From contig CAXXJS010000021.1 in the NCBI GenBank assembly GCA_963662665.2, positions 1 to 64,000 on the forward strand: DNA of 64,000 nt, given 5' to 3'. Positions 39,124 to 49,900 of the stretch are shown here, piece after piece. Every line of letters starts with the position of its first letter. Position 1 is the stretch's first letter. A model generated the notes under the pieces. The model saw only the letters and a program-made list of their open reading frames with translations. It searched no databases and was not told where the DNA came from. The DNA is from Candidatus Latescibacterota bacterium. Its GTDB lineage: Bacteria > Latescibacterota > UBA2968 > GCA-2709665. The position numbers and the translations under genes are program-made.

Positions 39124-40133
39124 TGCGTGCGGCAGAACAACTGGCCCCAAAGGTCGGGTTGGCGGGGGCGTGTCGGGCGTTGGGTGTGGCGCGTGCTTCG
39201 GTCTACCGTGCGCGTAAACCATCGCGATCGGGTCCTCGTAGCGCGCGCCCCTCGTCGCCACGTGCGCTTTCCCAAACCGAGCGCGCTGCCGTGCTGGACA
39301 TCCTGCACGAGGATCGCTTCGCAGACCGGGCCCCAGCGGCAGTCTACGCCACGTTGCTGGAGGAAGGACGGTATGTCTGCTCGATCCGCACGATGTATCG
39401 GGTACTGCACGACGCAGGGGAGGTGCGCCAGCGGCGACACCAGCGGCGTCATCCACGTCTCGAACCACCCCGGTTGATGGCCAGTGCGCCCAACCAGGTC
39501 TGGACGTGGGATATCACCAGGCTGCCAGGACCCCGCAAGTGGGTGACCTTTCCCCTCTACGTCGTACTGGATCTGTTCTCCCGCTATGTCGTGGCCTGGA
39601 TGGTCGCCGCAAGGGAGAGCGCCACAAACGCAAAGCGGCTTATTGCCAACGCGTGCCAGAAGCAGGGCATTCAACCCGGACAGCTGACGCTGCACCAGGA
39701 CCGTGGCGCACCGATGACGGCCAAGACGTTTTCGCAGTTGCTGATGGATCTCGACATCCTGGCCAGCTACTCTCGACCCCGCGTTTCCGATGACAACCCG
39801 TATTCTGAAAGCCAGTTCAAGACGCTCAAATACACCCCATCATACCCCGAGCGCTTCACCGATCCGCAAGAAGCGCGCACCTATTTGCAGGCCTTCTTTC
39901 ACTGGTACAACACAAAACACCGTCACAGCGGCCTGGGATTGCACACCCCCGACACCGTCCACTATGGGCTGACACAGCAGATTCAGGCCGTCAGACAAAC
40001 GGTGCTGGACCAGGCTTATCATAAACACCCTGAACGATTTGTTAAGGGGCATCCTCGTCCGCCAAGCGTTCCGGACGAAGTGTGGATAAACCAACCCGCG
40101 AATACCATCGAATGCCATCAGTTACTTCACTAA
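39120..40133 (+). CDS. IS3-family transposase OrfB (rve, DDE)
   Basis: WTWDIT, LHQDRG, DNPYSESQFKTLK, YN..H.HSGL. Confidence 0.92.
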   Translation: MMRAAEQLAPKVGLAGACRALGVARASVYRARKPSRSGPRSARPSSPRALSQTERAAVLDILHEDRFADRAPAAVYATLLEEGRYVCSIRTMYRVLHDAGEVRQRRHQRRHPRLEPPRLMASAPNQVWTWDITRLPGPRKWVTFPLYVVLDLFSRYVVAWMVAARESATNAKRLIANACQKQGIQPGQLTLHQDRGAPMTAKTFSQLLMDLDILASYSRPRVSDDNPYSESQFKTLKYTPSYPERFTDPQEARTYLQAFFHWYNTKHRHSGLGLHTPDTVHYGLTQQIQAVRQTVLDQAYHKHPERFVKGHPRPPSVPDEVWINQPANTIECHQLLH

Positions 40134-40394
40134 ATTCCAACGGGCGTTGTCTCATTTCTATTGACACGTTCCGCTAAGCCATTCGCCTTTGACCATGTGA
40201 TAACTTGTGGCGTGGAAACTGTGGCCTTTACAAATTGCGTTTCTCAACTCGGTTCGATCCGATCCGGGGTTTTTCGGATCGCGTTCGCTGCTTACCAATC
40301 CCAGGCTATTGACGTGAATTTCATCGTAGGTCGATGTTAGCGGTCAGCCGATTGATTTCCGCACGAGTTCGTTCCGAAAGCAGGGTTCTTCGAC

Positions 40395-43300
40395 ATGCCC
40401 ATTAAGGGTGGACCCGCAAATAAGCTCGGCAACCGCTACGAAACGTGGTGGACGGTCTCGCAGTTGGTTCGAATGCTCCGAGGCGACACGGATGAAATCC
40501 GTATTGAGGATCCCAGGATCGACAAGGCGGAGTTTGTCGTTAAAGCCGGGTCCTATCGAGAATTCCATCAGGTGAAACGCACCCATCCAAGCGGTAAATG
40601 GAGTCTCGCTGCTCTCTGCAATGACGGGCTTCTTCAGGCCATCGGCGAGCAGTTGGCGGGTAACGACGATCGGTTCGTTTTCGCATCGGGCAGCGACGCT
40701 CGGGAGCTATCCGAGTTGTGCGAGGCGGCGAGCAGCGCGGAGTCAGTGGAGGAGTTCACGCGGTCTTTTCTTGTGGCCAAGAAACGAAAGAAACGGTTCG
40801 AGAGGCTGCTTGGCTGTTGGAAGTCTGACGTACCAGCCGCGGTTGACCAACTGCGACGGATCGACGTTCACACGATTGACGAGCGTGAACTGGTAGAAAA
40901 GGTGCAATGTGGCGTGCAGGCGCTCTTTCTCGCAAATCCGAACCGCGTGGTGGAGAAGCTCCGGGGAATCGCTGAAGATTCGGTGCACCGCACGTTGAGG
41001 CGTCGACCGCTAGTCGACGAACTTGCCCAACACGGATATCAGCTGCGACGCCTGCGTAGCCCCGAGCATGCGGGCGATGCCGTAGAAGCGGCGACGAATC
41101 GGTACGTGGACGGTGCACGAAGCAGGCTAATTCAGAAAAAGCTCGTCCCGAGGACAGCTGCGGAAACGCTGCTTTCGCGACTGGAGGGAAAGGCGACCGA
41201 CTGCGTCATGACCGGCAGGGCAGGCACCGGGAAAACGTCCTGTGTCGTTCAGATCACAGAGTGCCTCCACGAGCGGGGAATTCCCGTGTTGGCGTTCCGG
41301 CTGGACAGGGTCCCTTCAGCATCTACAACTACGGAACTTGGAAGTTTCCTTGACCTCGAAGAGTCGCCAGTTTTTGTACTCGCGGCCGCAGCAGAAGCCG
41401 CAGGACGTCCGGGCGTCCTGATCGTCGATCAATTGGACGCGGTGAGCACCCTGTCAGGTAGGAAGTCCGAGGCATTTGGTCTCGTCGAGCGGCTGCTTCG
41501 CGAAGCCCGGGGGACACGACAGCGAGCGAACGTACATACCGTCGTCGTCTGCCGGGCGTTCGACTGGAAGAACGACTCGCGATTGCGAAAGCTTATGCCG
41601 GATTCACACGCCCAGGTAGACGTCATCGAGTTTATGGTCGAGGAGGTCAAGACAATTTTGGGGGATGCCGGGTTTGATTCGGAGTTGTTCCAGAAGCGCC
41701 AGTTGGAGCTACTGAGGCTTCCGCAGAACCTCTCTCTTTTTCTCGATGCCGATATTGACGCTTCGCAGGCGCCCACGTTCGGCACTGCCACAAAGCTCTT
41801 CGACCTGTACTGGGACACCAAGCGACAAGTCGTAGTAGAGCAAGTCGAGAGGGATCTGTGGATGAAAGTCATGAAGACCCTCTGCAATGAGATGACCGTC
41901 ACCCAGCAACTTGCGGTAGCCAGGGAGAAGCTGGACGAAATCCAGCCCGATTATTTGCGCTGCCTTGCGTCGGAAGGCGTACTTAGCTTCGACGGGCGCC
42001 GGTACGGATTCGGCCACGAAAGTTTTTTCGACTACTGCTTTGCGCGACTGTTTTTCAGTCGATCTGAATCGATGGTCTCGTTCCTCAAGGGGTCGGAGCA
42101 ACACCTATTCCGCCGCGCTCAGGTCCGTCAGGCACTTGCCTATCTCCGTGACGCTGACTTCCCCCGTTATATACAAGAGGTCAATTGCCTGCTCTCGGAC
42201 GAGGGAATCCGGCCGCATATCAAGGATCTTACGTTCGCGCTTCTCGCCGAAGTTGCGGATCCGACCGAAGAAGAGTGGGCGATCTGGAAGCGGTGGAGGG
42301 CCCCGGCGCTCAAGGCCATTGAGCAAGGAACGCCAAACACGGACAAGCTGTCTGAAATCGCATGGCGGCGCTTCAATGGGTCATCGTCGTGGTTTGGGTT
42401 CGCCGGGACGCAGGAGCTGATCAAGCAATGGCTGGCCTCCGGCAACGACCGCATAGTGAATGAGGCTGTAGGTTACCTGAGGATAAATCAACGGCAGTCG
42501 CCCGATATCGTCATGGCCCTTCTCGAACCATACGCTGACCGCGGCGATGATTGGCCCCGGCGGCTTTGCCATATAATGAATTTCGCCGATTTCGGCGTGA
42601 GCCGTCGATTTTTCGATTTCTGTCTGCTTCTGGTTGAAAACGGGGTGCTGCACGATCCCCATAAGCCCGACGCCCTGGAGGGTACATTCCGGCGCATGTT
42701 GTACACTCTTGCTGAGAGCAGGCCTCAATGGGTTCCGGAGTTTCTGGCAAAGAGGCTTCAGAGACGATTTTCGGTTATCATGGAAACAGGCGAGGACTTG
42801 CGCCAAGCGAAGCTTCTTGGGTACAGCAACTCCATTGCCGAGATATTCGACAAGGCTGCGTCCCGAGCACCCGCCGAATACGTGCAGCATTTGCTTCCGG
42901 TTATTCTTCAGATATCAGATTCTGCGTTGATTGGCGATAGATCGCCGAGGCCCGATGCAGTTTGGCCGATTCTGACGCGGTCGGAGCGACCCGATGGCGA
43001 GGAAGCATGCCTCGCGGCGTTGGTCAAGGCACTTGCCGCTCTCGCACGCGAGGGTAACACGGATCTGTCCAATGTGGTCGCGGACTTGCGCCGCCGCGAT
43101 ACGCACATCGCGAACCACCTTCTTCTGGCATTGTACAGGGGAGGGGCCGATCGTTGCGCGGACGAGGCGGTTGCGCTGCTGTGTGAGGAGCCGTGGCGCT
43201 TCGAGTGTGGGTTCTACGATAACCCGAATTGGTGCGCGATGGAGGCGATTCGGGCGGTGGTGTCGCACTGCTCGCCCGAAATATGTAATAGACTTGAAAC

Positions 43301-44912
43301 GGTGTTAATGCGCTACGCCAATTCTTATGAACGAACCGGATGCGGATACAAAGAAAATGGGCGATCCCGTTTTGCGCTGCTGTCCGCGATCCCATCGGAG
43401 TTGCGCAGTCCTCGGGCAGATTTGCATTTCGATGAACTGAAGCGGAAGTTCGGTGAACCGGAAGGCAAGCCGCGCAAAATCACGGGAGGCTTTGTCTCGT
43501 CACCGATTGAAAGCGCCGCTACGAAAAAAATGACAGATGACCAGTGGCTTCGCGCGATTGCGAAATACAGCACGAATCGAACTGACTACTCGGGCGACCG
43601 AATAAAGGGCGGTGCGCCAGAGTTGGCGCGAATTCTGGAAGAGCGGGTCAAAGAGGAGCCGATTCGATTCGCGCGCCTTAGCCTCAGGTTCCATGCCGAT
43701 GCCAATCCGGTGTATCTTGATCGGATATTGGCCGCGTTGAGGGAATCCACTGTAGACAGCGCACTCATTCTTCAGGTCTGTTACAAGGCCTTCCAGGAAT
43801 CACCTGGGCACTGCGGCAAGTCGATCGCGGACGTCCTCGGAAGCTTAGAGGAGGCACCCCCGGACCGAGCCGTTCAAATGCTGCACGACCTGGCAACGGA
43901 ACACGACGATCCCGCAAGAGAATTGTGGCGTAGGGAAGTCGGCAATAGCGAACCCTTTTACGGTGGTGATATCTATATGAACGGAATAAACACCACGCGG
44001 GGGCGAGCGGCCAATGCCATTCGTGACCTCATTCTCGAAGACGCGGCGTACGTCGACCGTTTTCAGCACACTTTGGCAACGATGATTCGGGACCCTAGCC
44101 CAGCGGTGCTGTCATGTGTAGGCGCCGCGGTCGAAACCGTCGCATTTGTTGACATATCGCTCGGAGTGTCGCTTTTCCGGCGCATGAATCTCTCCGAAGA
44201 CCGGCTGCTTGCAACAAGATTTGTCTACCGCTTAATTCACCGTGGATTGCGCGCCTACCTATCCGAAATGCTGCCAATCATTAGTCGCATGCTCCGGTCA
44301 TCCGAACCCGATGTACTGGAGTCTGGCGCACGACTCGCAAGCATCGCCGCCCTGATACACGAGAATTCCAAGGATGTTGCGGACCTTGCAAATGAAGCCT
44401 TTCGCGGACCCGCCAAGTGTCGTCTCGGTGTGGCGCAGGTCGCGTACGCAAATATCGCTGTACCTGAGTACCGAACCTGGGCCGAAGAACGGCTATGTTT
44501 ATTGTTCAATGACGACGATATTGAAGTACGGCGTATCGCTGCGTCATGCTTCGACAAACTGCGCAATGAGTCCCTCCAATCATACGAAGGATTAATCACG
44601 TCATTCTGCGACAGCAAGGCATTTCACGACGAGTCGACTTACCTGGTCGAAACGATGGAGGAATCAACTGGGCGCCTTCCGGGAATCACTTGTGTGGTTT
44701 GTGAGCGATTCCTGGACCGCTTCGCAGACGAAGCACGAGACATCAGGACCAGTCGTTCAGCCGACGCACATGGTATCGGGAAGCTCATCTTCCGTACGTA
44801 CCAGCAACACCAGCAGGGCGAATGGGCGTCGCGTGCATTGGACTTGATCGACCGGCTCTGTCTGGAAGGGGTGGGCGACATTGGAAGTAAGTTTGAGGAG
44901 TTTGAGCGGTAG
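40395..44912 (+). CDS. Avs-like STAND/NACHT ATPase with N-terminal restriction-like nuclease and C-terminal helical sensor region
   Basis: GNRYE...IRIED...AEF...HQVK nuclease pattern; GRAGTGKT; LIVDQLD; FGHESFFDY; long helical C-terminus. Confidence 0.78.
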   Translation: MPIKGGPANKLGNRYETWWTVSQLVRMLRGDTDEIRIEDPRIDKAEFVVKAGSYREFHQVKRTHPSGKWSLAALCNDGLLQAIGEQLAGNDDRFVFASGSDARELSELCEAASSAESVEEFTRSFLVAKKRKKRFERLLGCWKSDVPAAVDQLRRIDVHTIDERELVEKVQCGVQALFLANPNRVVEKLRGIAEDSVHRTLRRRPLVDELAQHGYQLRRLRSPEHAGDAVEAATNRYVDGARSRLIQKKLVPRTAAETLLSRLEGKATDCVMTGRAGTGKTSCVVQITECLHERGIPVLAFRLDRVPSASTTTELGSFLDLEESPVFVLAAAAEAAGRPGVLIVDQLDAVSTLSGRKSEAFGLVERLLREARGTRQRANVHTVVVCRAFDWKNDSRLRKLMPDSHAQVDVIEFMVEEVKTILGDAGFDSELFQKRQLELLRLPQNLSLFLDADIDASQAPTFGTATKLFDLYWDTKRQVVVEQVERDLWMKVMKTLCNEMTVTQQLAVAREKLDEIQPDYLRCLASEGVLSFDGRRYGFGHESFFDYCFARLFFSRSESMVSFLKGSEQHLFRRAQVRQALAYLRDADFPRYIQEVNCLLSDEGIRPHIKDLTFALLAEVADPTEEEWAIWKRWRAPALKAIEQGTPNTDKLSEIAWRRFNGSSSWFGFAGTQELIKQWLASGNDRIVNEAVGYLRINQRQSPDIVMALLEPYADRGDDWPRRLCHIMNFADFGVSRRFFDFCLLLVENGVLHDPHKPDALEGTFRRMLYTLAESRPQWVPEFLAKRLQRRFSVIMETGEDLRQAKLLGYSNSIAEIFDKAASRAPAEYVQHLLPVILQISDSALIGDRSPRPDAVWPILTRSERPDGEEACLAALVKALAALAREGNTDLSNVVADLRRRDTHIANHLLLALYRGGADRCADEAVALLCEEPWRFECGFYDNPNWCAMEAIRAVVSHCSPEICNRLETVLMRYANSYERTGCGYKENGRSRFALLSAIPSELRSPRADLHFDELKRKFGEPEGKPRKITGGFVSSPIESAATKKMTDDQWLRAIAKYSTNRTDYSGDRIKGGAPELARILEERVKEEPIRFARLSLRFHADANPVYLDRILAALRESTVDSALILQVCYKAFQESPGHCGKSIADVLGSLEEAPPDRAVQMLHDLATEHDDPARELWRREVGNSEPFYGGDIYMNGINTTRGRAANAIRDLILEDAAYVDRFQHTLATMIRDPSPAVLSCVGAAVETVAFVDISLGVSLFRRMNLSEDRLLATRFVYRLIHRGLRAYLSEMLPIISRMLRSSEPDVLESGARLASIAALIHENSKDVADLANEAFRGPAKCRLGVAQVAYANIAVPEYRTWAEERLCLLFNDDDIEVRRIAASCFDKLRNESLQSYEGLITSFCDSKAFHDESTYLVETMEESTGRLPGITCVVCERFLDRFADEARDIRTSRSADAHGIGKLIFRTYQQHQQGEWASRALDLIDRLCLEGVGDIGSKFEEFER

Positions 44913-44965
44913 CCGTTTCATAGACCGGCGTCTGCCAAAACCTTAGAGACACAAATGGTGACACG

Positions 44966-46708
44966 ATGCTGACCAAACTAACCATCCGCAACTTTAAGCG
45001 CTTCGGTGAAGTGGAGATCGAATTGGGGAGCCCGGTGGTCTTCATCGGACCCAACAACTCGGGCAAAACCTCGGCGATGCAGGCGCTGGCGCTCTGGGAC
45101 ATCGGTCTCAATCGCTGGAACGAAAAACGGTCGGGAAAGACCGCACCCGAAAAACGACCTGGTGTGACGATCAACCGGCGCGACCTTGTTGCCATCCCGA
45201 TTCCGGAGGCAAACCTTCTCTGGCGCGATCTCCACGTGCGTGACGTTCGGTCAGTCGATGGAAAGCAACGTACCAGCAATATTCGTATTGACATCACAGT
45301 GGAGGGAGTTACGGAGGACCGGCACTGGAAATGCGGACTCGAGTACGACTACGCAAACGACGAGTCATTCTACTGCCGACCGCTTCGCCTGTCGGAAAGC
45401 AAGACTCCGGACCACATGCCCCTTCCGCTCGAAGCTGGAAGCACACGAATCGCATTCCTGTCGCCAATGTCGGGCATGGACGCGACAGAGACACGTCTCG
45501 ACGAAGGGGCCGTAAATGTACGGATTGGCGAGGGGCGTACAGCTGACGTCCTGCGCAACCTGTGCTTCCGGGTTTATCAGGATAAGCCGTCACAGTGGGA
45601 TGATCTTGTCAGTCAGATCCAGATGCTGTTTGGATCCCGGCTCGATCCTCCGCGTTACATCACCAAGCGCGGTGAGATCGCGATGACCTACACCGAAGAG
45701 AGTGTCCGTCTTGACCTGTCGTCATCCGGACAAGGTCTGCAACAGACACTGCTCCTTTTGGCGTATATGTACGCGAATCCCGGTTCGGTTGTGCTCCTGG
45801 AGGAGCCGGACGCGCATTTAGAGATTCTCCGCCAACGCCAGATCTGCGGGCTGCTCACCGCCGTCGCGAGAGAAAGTGGCAGTCAGGTCATTGCCGCCAG
45901 CCACTCCGAAGTGCTGCTCAATGAGGTCGCGGGTCGGGAAGTGGTCATCTCGTTCGATGAAGGGCCGCATCCGATTGACGACAACGGAAGCCAGGTTCAG
46001 AAGGCGCTCAATGGAATCAGTTTCGACCAGTACTATCTGGCCCAACAAACCGGCTGGGTACTCTACCTGAAGAGCTCGACGGACCTGGCGATACTGCAGG
46101 CATTCGCAAAGCGACTTAATCATGAACGCGCGATAAAGACGCTTGAACGGCCCTTTGTGCATTACGTAGGAAACCGTCCGCCCGCGGTTCGTCGCCACTT
46201 CGATGGATTGAGGGAGGCCTACCCAGCTATTTGCGGCATTGCGTTATTTGACCGATTGGATTCAGGAATTGGTGACATCTCCCCGGTCGTATGCCTGAGT
46301 TGGGAACGTCACGAGATTGAGAACTATCTATCTTCGCGGTCGACACTCTTGGCGTTCGCCGAAGCGTCGAGCATGGACGACGTGCCTGCACCCCTGTTTG
46401 CGGCGGCTGAAAGACAGAGGCGTGTTAACGCGATGGACGCGGCAATTGACGAAATCGAGTCGGCACTCAAGGCGCTGGGCAAGCCCTCGCCGTGGAGCCC
46501 GGACATTAAGGCGAGCGATGAATTCCTGGATCCGTTATTCGCTTCCTATTTCAAACGACTTGATCTGCCGAATCTGATGGCAAAGAAGAACTTCCATGAA
46601 CTCGTTGACTGCGTCCCCGATAGCGAAATTGATCCCGAAATCCGGATCAAACTCGACGCAATTGCGGATGTCGCGGACAGTGCGGTTCCTGCAGGAGATG
46701 GAACGTGA
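44966..46708 (+). CDS. ABC ATPase-TOPRIM (OLD-like) protein with degenerate motifs
   Basis: GPNNSGKT, SGQG, LLEEPDAHL, ASHS; TOPRIM-like YLKSSTD, LFDRLD, EIENY. Confidence 0.8.
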   Translation: MLTKLTIRNFKRFGEVEIELGSPVVFIGPNNSGKTSAMQALALWDIGLNRWNEKRSGKTAPEKRPGVTINRRDLVAIPIPEANLLWRDLHVRDVRSVDGKQRTSNIRIDITVEGVTEDRHWKCGLEYDYANDESFYCRPLRLSESKTPDHMPLPLEAGSTRIAFLSPMSGMDATETRLDEGAVNVRIGEGRTADVLRNLCFRVYQDKPSQWDDLVSQIQMLFGSRLDPPRYITKRGEIAMTYTEESVRLDLSSSGQGLQQTLLLLAYMYANPGSVVLLEEPDAHLEILRQRQICGLLTAVARESGSQVIAASHSEVLLNEVAGREVVISFDEGPHPIDDNGSQVQKALNGISFDQYYLAQQTGWVLYLKSSTDLAILQAFAKRLNHERAIKTLERPFVHYVGNRPPAVRRHFDGLREAYPAICGIALFDRLDSGIGDISPVVCLSWERHEIENYLSSRSTLLAFAEASSMDDVPAPLFAAAERQRRVNAMDAAIDEIESALKALGKPSPWSPDIKASDEFLDPLFASYFKRLDLPNLMAKKNFHELVDCVPDSEIDPEIRIKLDAIADVADSAVPAGDGT

Positions 46709-46960
46709 ATTGAAGGCTCACAATATTGCCGCTGTTGTCTACGCTCCATCCGCTTGTTGTCAGAGAGTTAAAATGACTACATGGAATACATAGGTTCGAG
46801 GAATCGAATTGTCTTTCTGCAGCAACATTTCCACTCTTGCAATTGCTCCACTTGCGAACATTGGGAGAGCCAAGCGCGGCGTCTAGGAGACTTCGATTGG
46901 AGAGTACGCCGTTGATACGGACCCAAGTCGCTTTACCGCTGTTACCTGTGGTTTAGCAAA

Positions 46961-49900
46961 ATGTCGGATTCAAAACTTCCGTCGATTTGTGAGAATCTTG
47001 ATTACTCCAGGCAGAGTTATTCTGTGGCTGTTCTCCTCGCTACGTCCCATCGGACATATCTGCTGAAGAGCCGAGCTCTTCCATCGATCCAGCACCAGTC
47101 CCTTCCCCCAGAGCGGGTGATCATCGTCGATGACTCGGGCGATGAGGCCGCCGCCGAACGAACCGAACTGCTAGTCCGGCAATGGCAACCTGCCGGAGTG
47201 GATGTCAACTTTCTACGCAATCGGCGTACGAATGGGGCCGCAGGGGCGTGGAACTCAGGTTTAGATCACCTGCTGCGGACATGCGGTGACCCAGAACAAC
47301 AGTACGTCGCAATCTTGGACGACGATGATCAGTGGAATCCCCACCATTTACGCACATGTCTGGCAGCCGCCGAGGCACGAAGCCTTGACATGGTCGCGGC
47401 TCCGTTTCTTCGGGTGGAAGAGCAAGCCAAGGCCCTTTTGACGTCTCCGCCGAAATCACTTGATGTGTCTGACTTCCTGGTCGGTAATCCCGGTATCCAA
47501 GGCAGCAATCTCGTTTGTCGGTTGAGTGTGCTGCTTGAAGCAGGTCTGTTCGACGAATCGCTGCCGAGTTGTACGGACCGCGACCTGTGCATCAGAATCG
47601 CGGAGTTGCCCGGCGTTCGGTACGGTACCACTAGTGAACCGACTGTTCATCACTTTGCGTGCGAGTCGAGGCCGCGATTATCAACACGAGGGTCGCAGAA
47701 TAAAGTCAAGGGGCTGGATCGATTCTTCCGCAAGTACAAGGGGCGTATGTCTAACGCCGAGAGATTAGGGTTTTGCGGCCGCGCAGAACATCTGTTCGGA
47801 TGGAAGGAATCGCCGCCAGCACCCACAGCTGAAGATTGTTTCCACGGCGGCCAACTGTCATCAATTTCTCGAACACTGGCACCGCGTCAGGCGCCGCCCC
47901 ACTTGATCGTGGGGCTGATCGCCGACATTGCGAGGCTCAAAGAGTTAGGCAATCTGCTCGCCGATCTTCGCGGGTTGGCAGACGCACCTGACTTGTCGGG
48001 CTACGACGTCCTAATCTTGGAGAACGGTGACGATAGCACGCCCAGCGGTGAACTGCGAACACTCATCGAGCACGAGCGCCGCGGCGGTCTGCGTATCCAT
48101 CTTGTTGACCGTTCGCGGCATTTGCAAGATGCGACGAGCGGACTGGTTCTGGACGGCGGCGTGAGTAAGGAGTCTAGGTTGTCAATTGCCCATGCGCGGA
48201 CGGTATTACAGACGTACCTGTACGCCTTCTCCAAGAGACGGCCAGGTGCCGTGGTATGGATCGTCGATGACGATATGCGGCTCGACCCGCTGGTTGTTGA
48301 AAAAAATGGAAGCCTACAGCGGCGAGTCAATAAGATCGCTCCGATGCTCCAAGAGCTTCGCCGACTCCGTGCCGGTGGGATCGTCGATATTGCCATCGGG
48401 GCGTACACTGGAGCTGCGCCGTTGCCGTCTTTCGCAACTGTACGTGTCCAGCTCGTCGATTTGATCGCGTCGCTGTGGTGGCTGGCGTCCCAGAAACCTA
48501 CGGACTCCCTTCCAGACCGCGGGATAGAGAACGCCAAGTGGCGGTCCGGCCGACGCGACTACTATTACGATCTGTCGCGTAATGAGACCGATCGATTGGA
48601 AGCCCCGTTCTGGATCACGCCCGCGTTTCTTGGTGAGGATGTTGGTTCGGCGTTCGTCCGCGTAGCTGGCATTGCGGAGCGGATCCTTGCCGGCGAGCAG
48701 ATCTTCCGTCCACTCGCATTGGAGGCCAGTCTCAACCCTCTCAATTCGATCGGTGATGGGCTACAGCGCGGCGGCAATACTTTGGTGTTCGATGTCGAAT
48801 CTCTGAAACTGGCCCCCAATCCATCACCGATAATCGACGGGCGGTCGAGCCGCCGTGCTGACATGATTTGGACGTTGCTGCAGAAACGCTACTTCAGCCG
48901 TCAGGTCGTCACCTTGCCGCTCGGCCTATTTCACGACAGATCACATGTCGTCGCCGAATTGGATGTCGACGACATCGTCGACGACATACGTGGCTATGCG
49001 TTGTTCTCAGCGCTTGAGGACATTCCTGGGGTATTCAAGATCACCACGGATGACCGGGGCATTCGTTTGTCCGAGGAAATGGTTGAGTGTTTCGCTCAGC
49101 GCGTCCACAAATACTTAGAAGAGCGGCTGGCCGCAATTCGCCTTTCTTTCTACCGGATCCGCGGTTTGACCCGCGTCTTAAGGCGGCAAATGTACGACCC
49201 AGAAAAATGGTGGCAGGGAGATGAATATCGAGTTGCCGCAAAACTGCTTCGGACGTTTTCCGAACGCTTGGCCGATTTCTACAAAATGGAGACTCTGAAT
49301 CGCATTAGACGCGAAGCCGAGGAACTGGATGCCCCCCGTATCGGCAAGTTTCTTGATCATCTGCCGATCGAAATTGAGAGCCATAGAAGGCGGCTTTCGG
49401 ACTTCTCGGCTCTGATAAACAGTCTTGAGGGCGAAAGGATCGCCAACGCCAAGACCATTGCCATGCGACTGGCTGTTCCCACCCGTGCGCTTAAGGTATT
49501 AGGATGCGGCATTGAGGGAGTAGCTCTCACCGACGGCACAAGGGTATTCAAAGTCTTCGATTACTGGTGGAAGCGTTCTCACAACCTCTCAGCCCCTGCG
49601 TTCCTGCGCTCGCTTGTCGGTGCTTGGAAGGACGCGAGCTGTCTCTATCCGCTTCTTGATTTCCTCGAGTCGGGACATCAGAAGGTGCTGACGTATACTT
49701 ATGAAGTCAGCGAACCGTACAAGGGCGGTCACGGGCCCGCCATGGTCAATCTGGTCGCCGAATGTCGCCAGCATGGTATCGTCTGTCGAAACATCGATCC
49801 AGATAACTTGCGTTTAGCCAATGGACGGATTCGGCTGATCGACTACGGTTCGGACATCCACCCTTTCGATGAAGATGAGTTCCATACGATGTGCCAACGC

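Larger units (their letters stand above)
38582..40174 (+). mobile_element. IS3-family insertion sequence
   Basis: Imperfect terminal IRs (ACGTGCCAATATAGAGTGAGACAAC / GTTGTCTCATTTCTATTGACACGT); orfA/orfB; A8G slippery run at ~39059-39067 with open -1 frame; exact ends and TSD unresolved. Confidence 0.85.

Noticed and set aside
40161-40195. Outward TTGACA in the IS right end as a hybrid promoter for the Avs-like gene
   Set aside because: No -10-like hexamer at 16-18 bp spacing
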